A DNA stretch of 64,000 nucleotides from Candidatus Micrarchaeia archaeon (GTDB taxonomy: Archaea; Micrarchaeota; Micrarchaeia; Anstonellales; Anstonellaceae): positions 107,350 through 171,349 of the forward strand of contig JBAYHU010000002.1 of assembly GCA_041665945.1 (NCBI GenBank), given 5' to 3'. Positions 43,839 through 55,138 of the stretch are shown here, one piece after another. Below the pieces are notes generated by a model. The model had not been told where the DNA came from. It made no database searches and was given only the letters and a program-made list of their open reading frames with translations. Both the position numbers and the translations under genes were made by a program. Each line of letters opens with the position of its first letter. Within the stretch, counting starts at the first letter, position 1.

Positions 43839-44594
43839 ATGCAGATACTCAAGCTCGGCGGCAGCGCCATCACGAAGAAATCCGGCTATATGCAGGCAGA
43901 TAAAGTAGGCATTTCGCGGCTTGCGAAGGCGGTGTCGCTGGTGTGGCACAAGGGCTGCACCGACATGGTGCTGGTCAACGGAGCCGGCTCATTCGGGCAC
44001 GCCCCTGTCCTTCGCTTCGGCATAGGGGACGGAGTGAAAACCGAAAAGCAGAAGCTCGGCTTTTGCATCACGCACGCGGCTGTTGCGAGCCTGTCCTCGC
44101 TTGTTGTAGAGGAACTGTTGCGAAACGGCGTGCCTGCGATTGCAATCCCGCCTGCAGCGGTAATTCGGCAGAGGAACAAGCGCATCGTAAGATTCGACAC
44201 GCGCCCTGTTTTTGAGTACCTGAAAGCGGGCTACCTGCCGGTGCTTTACGGAGATATGGTGCCTGACGAAAAACTTGGCGGCTCGGTCTGCTCGGGCGAC
44301 CAGATTGTTTCATACTTGGGAAAGAAGGCGAAGCGCGTGGTTCTCGCCTCGAATGTCGAGGGGATTCTCGCGAACGGCAAGCTCGTGCCGAAAATAACGC
44401 ACAGGAATTTCGCCGAGGTAAGGGAGCACCTCGGGCAGTCGGGCTCGCCTGATGTCACGGGCGGCATGGCGGGAAAAATAGCCGAGCTTCTGAAGGTAAA
44501 GGCGCCCTGCTTCATAGTGAGCGCGCACAAGCCGGAGAGGATTCAGGCTCTGCTTCTTGGCAAAAAGGCGGTTTGCACCGAGATTAGGTTCTAG
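43839..44594 (+). CDS. ipk: isopentenyl phosphate kinase
   Basis: Amino-acid-kinase fold. MQILKLGGSAITKK and LVNGAGSFGH. Confidence 0.8.
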   Translation: MQILKLGGSAITKKSGYMQADKVGISRLAKAVSLVWHKGCTDMVLVNGAGSFGHAPVLRFGIGDGVKTEKQKLGFCITHAAVASLSSLVVEELLRNGVPAIAIPPAAVIRQRNKRIVRFDTRPVFEYLKAGYLPVLYGDMVPDEKLGGSVCSGDQIVSYLGKKAKRVVLASNVEGILANGKLVPKITHRNFAEVREHLGQSGSPDVTGGMAGKIAELLKVKAPCFIVSAHKPERIQALLLGKKAVCTEIRF

Positions 44595-44650
44595 ATTTGC
44601 AATCGCACGTGGAATAGGAGCTCCGCTAAGGAAGTAAAAAAACGTCCAAG

Positions 44651-45418
44651 CTACCTTATGTAGCTCAAATCGTGCTTGCCGTGCTCGGATGGCATGGTCA
44701 TGCCCTTTGCAGCCATTGCCTCCTTCTCCATCTTCTTGGCGAATACTTCGGATTCCTTTGCCCTCTGGTCGAGCTTCTTGGAATCCACCTTTACGTCGAC
44801 AATCTTGCAGAGGACTTCAAGCACGGACTGCGCGGATTTCGCGTCCACGAACCCGCCGTGCGTCTCGCCCATGAGGCAAAGCCCGGGCATCTTGCGGAGC
44901 TTGCCAAGCCCCAGAAGGAGCCCTGCAGCGCCGATTATCGAGCCCTTGGACTCGCCGAATATCACGCCGTATTTCTTGTAGGTTTCCACCATGGGCTTGT
45001 CGCTGACAATCCCGAAAACGCGGGGAGTGGTGTGCACCTTGCCCGTGCCGTAGCCGCCGAGCGTGATTGTCATCTTCACGCCGACTTTCTGGCAGTAGTC
45101 AAGCATCTTGCCCGTCGCCTCGTACTGCGCTTCGGAGGTGACGGCCTGCACGTCGCCAACAAGGAAAAGAAGGTCGTTTTTCTTGCCCTTCACGTGGTAA
45201 AAGCGGTTCTTTATCATGCGCATTACGCCGTTTTTCTGCATGATTACCTGGTGCGGGAAGTGCGGGGAGTAAAGATGCGCCACCTGCTTTGCGCCAAGCT
45301 CGTGAATCATGTGGTCTGCCGCGATTTTGCCGACCAAGCCGATGCCGGGCAGGCCCTCGATTAAAATCGGGTTCTTCATTTTCACTTTTGCGATTTCAAC
45401 GATGGTGGTTTTGTCCAT
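44651..45418 (-). CDS. PAC2-family proteasome assembly chaperone
   Basis: PILIEGLPGIGLVGKIAADHMI is the PAC2 signature. About 255 aa. Confidence 0.7.
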   Translation of the reverse strand: MDKTTIVEIAKVKMKNPILIEGLPGIGLVGKIAADHMIHELGAKQVAHLYSPHFPHQVIMQKNGVMRMIKNRFYHVKGKKNDLLFLVGDVQAVTSEAQYEATGKMLDYCQKVGVKMTITLGGYGTGKVHTTPRVFGIVSDKPMVETYKKYGVIFGESKGSIIGAAGLLLGLGKLRKMPGLCLMGETHGGFVDAKSAQSVLEVLCKIVDVKVDSKKLDQRAKESEVFAKKMEKEAMAAKGMTMPSEHGKHDLSYIR

Positions 45419-45423
45419 AAATA

Positions 45424-45570
45424 TCAACTTTCCCTTGCCTGCCGCCTGTATGCGGCGTATTTGTCATCTATGGAAAACCGTGCCGGGTGCGGATTTTTCG
45501 TCACTGCTCCGCAGTGCGTTGCCTTAAGCGTATAGGCGCCGCAGGCAGGGCATTTGCGCATGATTTTCAT
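45424..45570 (-). CDS. nop10: H/ACA RNP protein Nop10 (48 aa), below the ORF-track cutoff
   Basis: MKIMRKCPACGAYTLKATHCGAVTKNPHPARFSIDDKYAAYRRQARES. Conserved operon position between aIF2alpha and PAC2. Confidence 0.8.
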   Translation of the reverse strand: MKIMRKCPACGAYTLKATHCGAVTKNPHPARFSIDDKYAAYRRQARES

Positions 45571-45670
45571 CTTTTCTCCCCTGTTTTCCTTAAGTAAAGT
45601 GGATTTGCGCAGTTATATAAAGCCATGTTTTCGTCAGGCGTAAAAAAGAAGCGGAAAATGGCACGCTTGC

Positions 45671-46450
45671 TTACTTGCTTGCTTCCATTCGCGTGAATTC
45701 CATTGCCGAGTGGGACTCCTTTGCGAATGCGGTTATGGACTCGACAATGGATTCCATTGCCTTGTCAGCCGCCTTGAAGTCGTCGGCGACAACGCGTATC
45801 TGGTATTTCGGGGCGCCAAGATAGAGGATTTGCACTTCGGCGCCTTTCGGCTTTGCGAAGGATGAAAGGGCTTTCTTCACCACTTCCACGCCGTTGGGGG
45901 CGAATGATGTGAACGTGAGCATGCCGTCAAGCTCGGACTTCGCCTTCTTCATGTTCTTGGAGGCGACTTCAAGCAACGCGGCTGCGAGCCCCTTCTCAAT
46001 CTTCAGGCCCGCGACTGACTCCTCGCCCTTCTCGCCGATTGCCTCTATTGCGTCGATGATGTTGCCGTACTTGCCCGCGAGCGCGGTCCTCGCCGCCATG
46101 GACTCGTGGGTGGTGGATTTCGCGATTTTTACGGCGACTTCGAAGAGCTTCTCCGCGCGCTTCTCGCGGCGGTTGCCCTCAATTTTGAGCTTGCGCTCGG
46201 ATTCGGTGACGCGCTTTAATGAGAGGTCGATTTGGTTCTTTTCCAAGTCGAGGTGGTAGACTTTCGCCACCAGCTTCTGCCCGTCGTGGAGGAATTCGTG
46301 GATGTTTTTTATCCAGCGGGGCGCGACTTCTGAGATGTGCACGAACGCCTCGCGGGCGGCGTACTCGTCAAGCGAGCAAAACGCGCCGTAGGGCATGATT
46401 TTCTTCACTGTCACAAGGACAAGTTCATCCTGTTCGGGCATATCCGCCAT
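45671..46450 (-). CDS. eif2a: translation initiation factor 2 subunit alpha
   Basis: S1 domain (ELVLVTVKKIMPYGAFCSL) and length match aIF2alpha. Confidence 0.9.
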   Translation of the reverse strand: MADMPEQDELVLVTVKKIMPYGAFCSLDEYAAREAFVHISEVAPRWIKNIHEFLHDGQKLVAKVYHLDLEKNQIDLSLKRVTESERKLKIEGNRREKRAEKLFEVAVKIAKSTTHESMAARTALAGKYGNIIDAIEAIGEKGEESVAGLKIEKGLAAALLEVASKNMKKAKSELDGMLTFTSFAPNGVEVVKKALSSFAKPKGAEVQILYLGAPKYQIRVVADDFKAADKAMESIVESITAFAKESHSAMEFTRMEASK

Positions 46451-46517
46451 AATAAACGTCTTCCGCCGGCTTTGCCGGCTATTGCTCCGCTACCGGAGTT
46501 GCAGTATGTTTCGCTCT

Positions 46518-46682
46518 TCAGAGGATCTTGAGGACCTTGGTGCCGCCGCTCACGTTCACGCGGGAGCCGGTCGGGGACGCAAGCTCAAGCCCGCAGACAA
46601 GGCAGGAGACCTTGCGGCTCGCGTGGCCGAAGATGTTCTGCTCGTTTCCGCAGGCGCATTTCACTCTCAGGAATTTGCTCAT
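46518..46682 (-). CDS. rps27e: 30S ribosomal protein S27e (54 aa), below the ORF-track cutoff
   Basis: MSKFLRVKCACGNEQNIFGHASRKVSCLVCGLELASPTGSRVNVSGGTKVLKIL has the C4 zinc finger of eS27. Confidence 0.85.
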   Translation of the reverse strand: MSKFLRVKCACGNEQNIFGHASRKVSCLVCGLELASPTGSRVNVSGGTKVLKIL

Positions 46683-46706
46683 AAAAATACCTCGTTATAC
46701 CGAATC

Positions 46707-46988
46707 TTACGTGCTCAGTTCGAGCTTCTTCTTCGTGCGTGTCCCGATGACGCGCTCCTGCTTCTTCTTGCAGATGCTGCATTCAAGGATGATTTTCTGG
46801 CGCTTGCCCTGCTTTTTCACCGACTTTTCACCGGCGCGCTTTCCTCCGTGCCCGACGAGTTTCCTCTCGTGCTTGCGGTTTCCCATTGCGAGCGGGCGTG
46901 CCTTGCCCTTGGACGCGAGCTTCACCTTGTGGGGCGCGTGCTTGCGGCACTTGGGGCAGTATGCGTTCACTTCTTTTGGATATTTCAT
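46707..46988 (-). CDS. rpl44e: 50S ribosomal protein L44e (eL42)
   Basis: MKYPKEVNAYCPKCRKHAPHKV...ECSICKKKQ. Confidence 0.9.
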   Translation of the reverse strand: MKYPKEVNAYCPKCRKHAPHKVKLASKGKARPLAMGNRKHERKLVGHGGKRAGEKSVKKQGKRQKIILECSICKKKQERVIGTRTKKKLELST

Positions 46989-47024
46989 ATTAACACTCCT
47001 AAAACGCCTGCAATCTAAAGGGCG

Positions 47025-47642
47025 TTATTCGAGGGATTCCGCGAGCTTCCCGCGCGTGAGCCACTCGGCTTCGCTTGTCGGGAGCTGCCCCTCCTCGCCG
47101 GGCTTGAAGGGGCCCAAAGTCTCGTTATTGGGGCCCTTATACGCCGGCACCTCTTTTAGAAACCTCACTTTTTTAAGGCTGCTGGCGGGCGCAACGACGG
47201 AGGCGCCTTTTTGGGCGTCAATCGCGGCTTTCGCCCCGCTCTCCTCGCGGCGCTGGTTTGGCGTCTTTTTCTTGCTCTCGTACTGCAGAAGAAGCGTCTC
47301 AAGCCCCGATCGGGCATCCTCGATTACCGCGCAGAAGCGGTCGTAAAGCTCGTGCTCGTCCTTTGTCATCAAATCCGTGCCCGTGTGCGCTCCGCCGTTC
47401 CTTATTGCCTTGAAAAGTATCTTCTGCTGACGGATTGTCGATATTTCGCGGATTATTGCCACCGCGTTCTCGAATTCGCGCATCTGCATTACCGAGCGGC
47501 TGGATTCCATTTCAGTGAAGCGTGTCGAGAGGAAAGCCGAAATATCTGTGTAGAAGTCAGGCGGGAGCGAAACGAGGCTGGGCTGGACCTTCTCTTCCCG
47601 CGCCAAATCGCGCAATCTCTTGTAAGTAAGTTCTTCTGACAT
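47025..47642 (-). CDS. GINS subunit-like protein (Gins15/Sld5 family), tentative
   Basis: N-terminal LRDLAREEKVQPSLVSLPPDFY. C-terminal VRFLKEVPAYKGPNNETLGPFKPGEEGQLP resembles the GINS B-domain. Adjacent to the primase genes. Confidence 0.45.
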   Translation of the reverse strand: MSEELTYKRLRDLAREEKVQPSLVSLPPDFYTDISAFLSTRFTEMESSRSVMQMREFENAVAIIREISTIRQQKILFKAIRNGGAHTGTDLMTKDEHELYDRFCAVIEDARSGLETLLLQYESKKKTPNQRREESGAKAAIDAQKGASVVAPASSLKKVRFLKEVPAYKGPNNETLGPFKPGEEGQLPTSEAEWLTRGKLAESLE

Positions 47643-47728
47643 GCGCCCTCCCGTATTTTTCCTATTGAATAAGTATAAAAATCGAACTGAGCCGGCGTGA
47701 GAGGCGCACAGGAAGAGGAGTTTTTACG

Positions 47729-47947
47729 TCAGTAAGTGTCCAAATACTTCCTGTTCGGATACGGATAGAGGATGCCCTCGAAGTTGCTGCTCTGGGACGG
47801 CTTGAACCTTTCCATTTCCATCTTCACAAGTTCGGTGCGGTCCCCGGCAAGGCATGAGACGTTTCTTATCTCATCCTTGAAGGGGCGACGGAAGGGAACC
47901 AGTTTCGGCGGCGCTGTGTTTTTCACTATTTTCACCATAAAAACCAC
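47729..47947 (-). CDS. small hypothetical protein
   Basis: 72-aa track ORF between priS and the GINS-like gene. No motif. Confidence 0.25.
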   Translation of the reverse strand: MVFMVKIVKNTAPPKLVPFRRPFKDEIRNVSCLAGDRTELVKMEMERFKPSQSSNFEGILYPYPNRKYLDTY

Positions 47948-47985
47948 AAAATAATCGGCAGGATAGTTTTTATTAAACCTGCAGT

Positions 47986-49092
47986 TCAGGCGAGGATTGC
48001 GGCTTTTTTGCAGAGAAGATAGACCGCGGATGCCATCGGAAGCTCAAGCGTGAGCCCTGCTGCAAGATGCTCGGGGACAAGGTGCGGCACTTCAGGGACT
48101 TCCTCGGTTGTCTTCACCCGAAGCGTGCCGCTCGTGAAAATCTGCGCGGACTTCATCGGGTCAAAGCCCTTCAATTCGGATGCTTCCATGCGCTTTGCAG
48201 CCAAGCCGCTGCCGCCGTGTATGGAGTCGGGCATGCGGATAAGCTTTGATGTGTCCGCAGTCACGTTGGCGTCAATCCTTCCTGCGAGCGTGAGCTTCAT
48301 CTGGTCGAACTTTTCCTGCAGTTTTTTCTCGCGGTTGGTGATGCCTATGTTGTCCCAGTTGCCGTTTTCGATTGCGGACTTGAGTTTTGCCCGCTCCTCC
48401 GGCTTTTTGAGCTTGCGGGAAACGGAAAGCGCGAATTTGTCGTCGTTGAGCTTTTCGACATAGGCGCGGGCGAATTTGCCGCCATACCCCCCCTGCGAGG
48501 GATTGGGACCGAGGAATTTCTTCCCATCCGCCCAGAACAAACGGGTGAACTCCAACCCTGTGCCTGTGACATAGTCTGCCACTTCGCGCCGCGCGTCGCG
48601 GTCAAGCTCTTTTACGGCATCGGAGCGCACATGCACGTGGTAGCCGCGGCTCCCTGAGAAATTGATTGAAAGCTCGCTTTTTGAAAATCCGAAGTCGGAG
48701 AGAAGGAAGTCGTTTATGAGCTGGAGCGCCTCCTCTTTCACCTTGTCCATGCAGTGCTGGCAGGTGAATTTGCCGCAGCTGTGCCCTTCGGCGTCGAGGT
48801 CGAAAATCAGGTCTGCGCCGAGCCAATTTTTCCTCACCATGGGGCGGGCATCGGGAAATTCGTAGTAGCCGACCGAGTGCGAGACGTAAAGCGGGGCTTC
48901 GGAAACGAGCTTCGCGCGCAGCTGTTCCTCGTTTTTCACTCCGATGTGGCGGAATTCGATTTTCTTTTCCCAGCCGCCGAAGCCGAACTCGCGCTTTTCC
49001 GGGGAAACGACACTTATGCCGCCGTGCTTGTAGTGCTCGGAGAATATTTTCCTGAGGAATTTCTCTTCCGGAGATTGGAGTGTTTGGCTCAT
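47986..49092 (-). CDS. priS: DNA primase small (catalytic) subunit
   Basis: DLIFDLDAEGH and SGSRGYHVHV catalytic motifs. Confidence 0.9.
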   Translation of the reverse strand: MSQTLQSPEEKFLRKIFSEHYKHGGISVVSPEKREFGFGGWEKKIEFRHIGVKNEEQLRAKLVSEAPLYVSHSVGYYEFPDARPMVRKNWLGADLIFDLDAEGHSCGKFTCQHCMDKVKEEALQLINDFLLSDFGFSKSELSINFSGSRGYHVHVRSDAVKELDRDARREVADYVTGTGLEFTRLFWADGKKFLGPNPSQGGYGGKFARAYVEKLNDDKFALSVSRKLKKPEERAKLKSAIENGNWDNIGITNREKKLQEKFDQMKLTLAGRIDANVTADTSKLIRMPDSIHGGSGLAAKRMEASELKGFDPMKSAQIFTSGTLRVKTTEEVPEVPHLVPEHLAAGLTLELPMASAVYLLCKKAAILA

Positions 49093-50072
49093 GGCTTTTC
49101 ACTTCCCTTGTTCTCTTCTTCCATTCGCTTGAGGCGCCTGCCATGTATTTCCTGCCTGAAGTTCAGTGGCGTTCCGCAGTGGCACTCCGCTACGCACGCG
49201 CCGTAGCTGTCCATCGTCGAGCAGGAGGGCATGTTGTATTTCCTCGCGCGGATGTGCTCCACCTGATAGCGGGTTGTCTTTTCGTTGAAGTCAGGCGCGT
49301 GGCGGAAAAATTCCACGATTTTGTCTGTTGTAAGCCCGACGTTCACGAGGTAGATGGCAAGCGCCACCCTGCCGGTGTGCGGCACGTTGATGTTCAGCGC
49401 GAGCTCCTCAATCATCTTCGTAATGCACGGGGGATATCCTTCCTGCCCCACGCGGATAAGCGCTGTTTCGAGCTTGGGAAGGATTGATAGTATCCTTGCG
49501 CCAGCCGCCTTGACTTCGGGCTGGAATTCCGCCCTTATGGGAAGGGATGATTCGGTGCGCTTTTTCACAGCTTCCTCAAGAATGCGGAGCCGCTCCATTT
49601 TCTTCACGCGCACCTTGCCGCCAGATACTTCACGGTTGGAGAGCTTGTAGTCAATCGAGCGGGGGGTGTAGGCAAGATAGCCGGAAAGCGGGAGGGCATA
49701 CCACTCGCCGGACTTTTCGAATTTCACGCCGAATTCGGATGCCACTTCGTCAATGAAGGCGGGGCGGGAGGCGTCGTCGGAATTGAGGTATTCCCTTGCG
49801 CGCTTCGCCTCTGCGACGGCATAGCGGTTGATGAGATAGCGGTTGTTCGCGGAAGAGATTATCATGCGGGAAGCCGCGTAGAGCGCGAGCTCCTCTTCCA
49901 TGGTGTCGGGAAGCTCGGCAACTCGGCGTATTTTGCCGTCAAGCACCGCTTCTTTCACCCGCGCTTCCGCCTTGTCAAGGATGGAAGAAGTGAGTTCAAG
50001 CCCCTTTCCTGAAACGTATTCCTTTGCCTGGCGAGAGAAAGGGTAATGTGAGCAGAAAACCAAATCCGCCAT
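49089..50072 (-). CDS. priL: DNA primase large subunit
   Basis: C-terminal 4Fe-4S domain (CSTMDSYGACVAECHCGTP). Its stop overlaps the priS start. Start set at MADLVF (50070-50072) because the longer track ORF reads through the tRNA gene. Confidence 0.8.
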   Translation of the reverse strand: MADLVFCSHYPFSRQAKEYVSGKGLELTSSILDKAEARVKEAVLDGKIRRVAELPDTMEEELALYAASRMIISSANNRYLINRYAVAEAKRAREYLNSDDASRPAFIDEVASEFGVKFEKSGEWYALPLSGYLAYTPRSIDYKLSNREVSGGKVRVKKMERLRILEEAVKKRTESSLPIRAEFQPEVKAAGARILSILPKLETALIRVGQEGYPPCITKMIEELALNINVPHTGRVALAIYLVNVGLTTDKIVEFFRHAPDFNEKTTRYQVEHIRARKYNMPSCSTMDSYGACVAECHCGTPLNFRQEIHGRRLKRMEEENKGSEKP

Positions 50073-50222
50073 GGCGACCGGATTATTCTTTGCTTTTGTG
50101 TTTAAAAAATCAAGGTAAGGATGATACCGCTGAAGAAGTAGGAAGCCCCCGACGAGCGACAACACGAAGTGTTGTCGCGATTTTGACCCGCAGGTCAAAA
50201 CGGGGGCTCGAACCGCAGTGAG

Positions 50223-50294
50223 AGCCCCCGACGAGGATTGAACTCGTGACCTCGTGCTTACCATGCACGCGCTCTACCGCTGAGCTACAGGGGC
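50223..50294 (-). tRNA. tRNA-Thr (anticodon GGU)
   Basis: Reverse complement reads GCCCCTGTAGCTCAGCGGTAGAGCGCGTGCATGGTAAGCACGAGGTCACGAGTTCAATCCTCGTCGGGGGCT. 7-bp acceptor stem with one G-U pair. D-arm GCTC/GAGC. Anticodon stem CGTGC/GCACG with loop AUGGUAA. T-arm ACGAG/CTCGT with loop TTCAATC. No encoded CCA. Confidence 0.85.
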
Positions 50295-50383
50295 ATGGAA
50301 AATTTCCTCAGAAATTTTCCAGTATTCGAGCCGCAGCTCGAATCTGATTTACAAAATCCCGCAGGATTTTGTAAAATTGACGC

Positions 50384-52775
<2,392 letters not shown>

Positions 52776-52783
52776 GAAAGCAC

Positions 52784-53152
52784 CTATCTTAGCCTGTTTT
52801 CCTTGATTGCCTTCTCAAGGATTGCGCGAAGCTCGTCGAAGCGCGGGCGGAGCTTGTCCTCCTGCTTGGTAAGGACGGTTATGCGCATTTCGAAAAGCTC
52901 CTTCTTGCCCTTCAGGTCGGCGTTGGCGTCGGCCTTGGTGGTCTCCATAAGCAGGGGGCCGACTGCGCGGTAAATGGTGCCTTTTTCAGCCTTGCCGAGT
53001 TCCTCCTCTGCCATCTTGAGTTCCTCGACTTGGAGAGAGAGTTGCTGCCTTTGGGCGGTCACGAACTGGAGCTGCCTTTGCGTCTCCTGGAATTCGGTAA
53101 GCTGCTTCTGGAGTTCATCAGGGTTGCGGAGCGGTTCTGCCATCAATATCAC
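52784..53152 (-). CDS. pfdB: prefoldin subunit beta
   Basis: Two coiled-coil helices flanking the YRAVGPLLM beta-hairpin. About 120 aa. Confidence 0.8.
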   Translation of the reverse strand: MILMAEPLRNPDELQKQLTEFQETQRQLQFVTAQRQQLSLQVEELKMAEEELGKAEKGTIYRAVGPLLMETTKADANADLKGKKELFEMRITVLTKQEDKLRPRFDELRAILEKAIKENRLR

Positions 53153-53158
53153 CTTTGC

Positions 53159-53449
53159 TTAATCTTTTTCTATGTCTTGCTCAACAGTTTTAATGATATG
53201 CATCAGCCGGAGATAGGAATTTATCGAGGCGCGAAGCGACACAGGGTCGTCCGCCTTTATCTCCACGCGCACGGTTTTTCCGGACAGGAAAACCTTCGAG
53301 CCGCCGCGGTGCGAGAAGTCCGCCTCCTGCAATAATGCGTCATAAGCCGCTTTTGAGGAGCGGGCGGAATCGAATGTGAGGGAAAGGGACGCGGCGCCCG
53401 TTACTTTCCGGGCTTTGGTTGCCTTTTCATTTTTCATATGAAACGCCAA
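53159..53449 (-). CDS. pcc1: KEOPS subunit Pcc1-like
   Basis: About 90 aa with DPVSLRASINSYLRLMHII typical of Pcc1. Conserved position between the Brix and prefoldin-beta genes. Confidence 0.55.
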   Translation of the reverse strand: MAFHMKNEKATKARKVTGAASLSLTFDSARSSKAAYDALLQEADFSHRGGSKVFLSGKTVRVEIKADDPVSLRASINSYLRLMHIIKTVEQDIEKD

Positions 53450-53909
53450 GCGAGAGAATCTTCTTTTTGCCGACTGAAATCGAAAGCGCGCGTGCGCCAG
53501 CGGTTATCTTCGAGCCGGCTTCTTCATCCTGCGAATTGCGGGGAGACAGGAGGCGCGAGAGAACCTTTGCCTTTGCGCCGGAGATGGAAAGGCGGGAGGA
53601 CTGCGCAGTTTTTTTGGGCATCCTGCCCGCGGGCTTTGCGCTTGTGATTGAAATTGCCGGGGACAGCCAGCCCCACTCACCATCGTCAGCTATTTCCATG
53701 AAACGGATATGGGAGGGCTTGCCTGATTCGCTGTGTATCGCGCACAGGCGCGTGAAATGGAGCTTTTGCGCCCGCGTGATAAGGGAGGAAAGCGTGCGCT
53801 TGCCTCGGAATTCAACGCGGGATTCCGGCACGGCAATGCCAAACGCGAGGGCTATTGCCCTCGAAACGCGGCTGGGGTTCTTGCCGGTTGTAATCAGCAC
53901 CGGAATCAC
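53427..53909 (-). CDS. Brix-domain (Imp4-like) ribosome biogenesis protein
   Basis: VLITTGKNPSRVSRAIALAFGIAV N-terminal signature. Conserved position in the exosome superoperon. Confidence 0.55.
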   Translation of the reverse strand: MIPVLITTGKNPSRVSRAIALAFGIAVPESRVEFRGKRTLSSLITRAQKLHFTRLCAIHSESGKPSHIRFMEIADDGEWGWLSPAISITSAKPAGRMPKKTAQSSRLSISGAKAKVLSRLLSPRNSQDEEAGSKITAGARALSISVGKKKILSLGVSYEK

Positions 53910-53920
53910 GTTCGCGGCGT

Positions 53921-54058
53921 TCAGTCTGTCGAGACTTCACGCGCTACGGGCTGGCGGACCTTGCAAAGCACCCTGTGCCCGCAGTACGGGCAGCGGGTGA
54001 ACTTGGTGTCCAGCTTCTCGATTTTTTTCTTGCACTTCTGGTTTGCGCAAAGATACAT
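53921..54058 (-). CDS. rpoP: RNA polymerase subunit P (Rpo12/RpoP, 45 aa), below the ORF-track cutoff
   Basis: MYLCANQKCKKKIEKLDTKFTRCPYCGHRVLCKVRQPVAREVSTD zinc ribbon. Lies inside the longer TTG-started track ORF 53921..54151. Conserved position after L37ae. Confidence 0.7.
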   Translation of the reverse strand: MYLCANQKCKKKIEKLDTKFTRCPYCGHRVLCKVRQPVAREVSTD

Positions 54059-54068
54059 AGTACGACCT

Positions 54069-54311
54069 CTATTGCTTCTGCCTGTGCTCCTCAATCGTGC
54101 GCGCGGCGACTTCGCCCGCCGGCGTGGAAAGCGAGTACGTGCCGCCGGCAATCACCGAGCCGCAGGACTTGCACTCCCAGCGGGAGTTCCCCTGCCGCTT
54201 GACCTTCTTCTTGCCGCATGTCGGGCAGGTGAAAAGGGACTGGCGGAGCCTGTCTACCTTGTCGGCGCGCTTCCTCAGTTCCGCGCCCGATCTTACGTTC
54301 TTGTTTGACAT
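54069..54311 (-). CDS. rpl37ae: 50S ribosomal protein L37ae (eL43)
   Basis: C4 zinc ribbon FTCPTCGKKKVKR...WECKSCG. Confidence 0.85.
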   Translation of the reverse strand: MSNKNVRSGAELRKRADKVDRLRQSLFTCPTCGKKKVKRQGNSRWECKSCGSVIAGGTYSLSTPAGEVAARTIEEHRQKQ

Positions 54312-54337
54312 ATTGCATCACCGTTGAAATGTTTTTC

Positions 54338-55117
54338 CTAATCGCTCTTCAGAAGCGCCCTGAGCTCCTTGCCCTTGTCAAGGGAAATCCCGTTCAGCTC
54401 GAGAATGTCCTTCTCGGTGAACGCGCCCCAGCCGCCTTTCTGCGCCGCGCAGAGGTGCGTTTCCGTGGTCGCAAGCGTGAGCCTGCAGTCCATCCCCTTC
54501 TCCTCGTCAAGCGTCGGGTCGAGGAAAATCCTGTCGCCAAGCTTTCCGAACGTGCAGGTCGTGACCATCTCCTTAACGGGCAGCTTTCCTGCGAATTCGC
54601 CGCGGATTATCTTGCCATCCTCGATTTTCGGCATCCTCGCCGCGAGAAGCGCCGCCATTGCGGCAAGCGATGACGCGTCGATAAGGTTGCCGTCGTGGTC
54701 AAGGATGAACATGTCGATGTAAAGCGCGAGCACCTTGTCCTCCGCAATGAAAAATGACTGGAGGTCGATGATGTTTGCGCTCCTGATTCCGCGGTCCACC
54801 ACGCGCGCAAGCTCGATTGACTCGTCGGAGGGCGGGCCTGTTTCGAACAGGTGCGATGCCAGCGGAAGCAGGTCTGCCGAAGTCGACAGCACGCCCTCTG
54901 TTGGGCGGTCGGCGAAGGGCTTGGCGATGTCGAACTTGATGCCCGCCATCACCTGGCTCTTGCCGATTGACGCTATTGCCGAGCCGTCCGCGTTCTGCAG
55001 GATGCCGGGCTGCATGACAATCTTGCGGTAGTCGTACATCCCGCGGTTGTCAGCGCGCCTGCCGGCAGACAGGAATGCGAGGAGGCTGTCGCGTTTTATC
55101 TCGTTTATTGGTTCCAT
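54338..55117 (-). CDS. rrp42: exosome complex component Rrp42 (RNase PH-like, non-catalytic)
   Basis: RNase PH fold. Follows rrp41 in the conserved operon. Confidence 0.8.
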   Translation of the reverse strand: MEPINEIKRDSLLAFLSAGRRADNRGMYDYRKIVMQPGILQNADGSAIASIGKSQVMAGIKFDIAKPFADRPTEGVLSTSADLLPLASHLFETGPPSDESIELARVVDRGIRSANIIDLQSFFIAEDKVLALYIDMFILDHDGNLIDASSLAAMAALLAARMPKIEDGKIIRGEFAGKLPVKEMVTTCTFGKLGDRIFLDPTLDEEKGMDCRLTLATTETHLCAAQKGGWGAFTEKDILELNGISLDKGKELRALLKSD

Positions 55118-55138
55118 AAATACACCTTGAAAAATTCC

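Noticed and set aside
49089-50264. Track ORF extending PriL by 64 codons at the N-terminus
   Set aside because: The extension is the reverse-strand translation of the tRNA-Thr gene (MVSTRSRVQS...). The start was moved to the ATG at 50070-50072.
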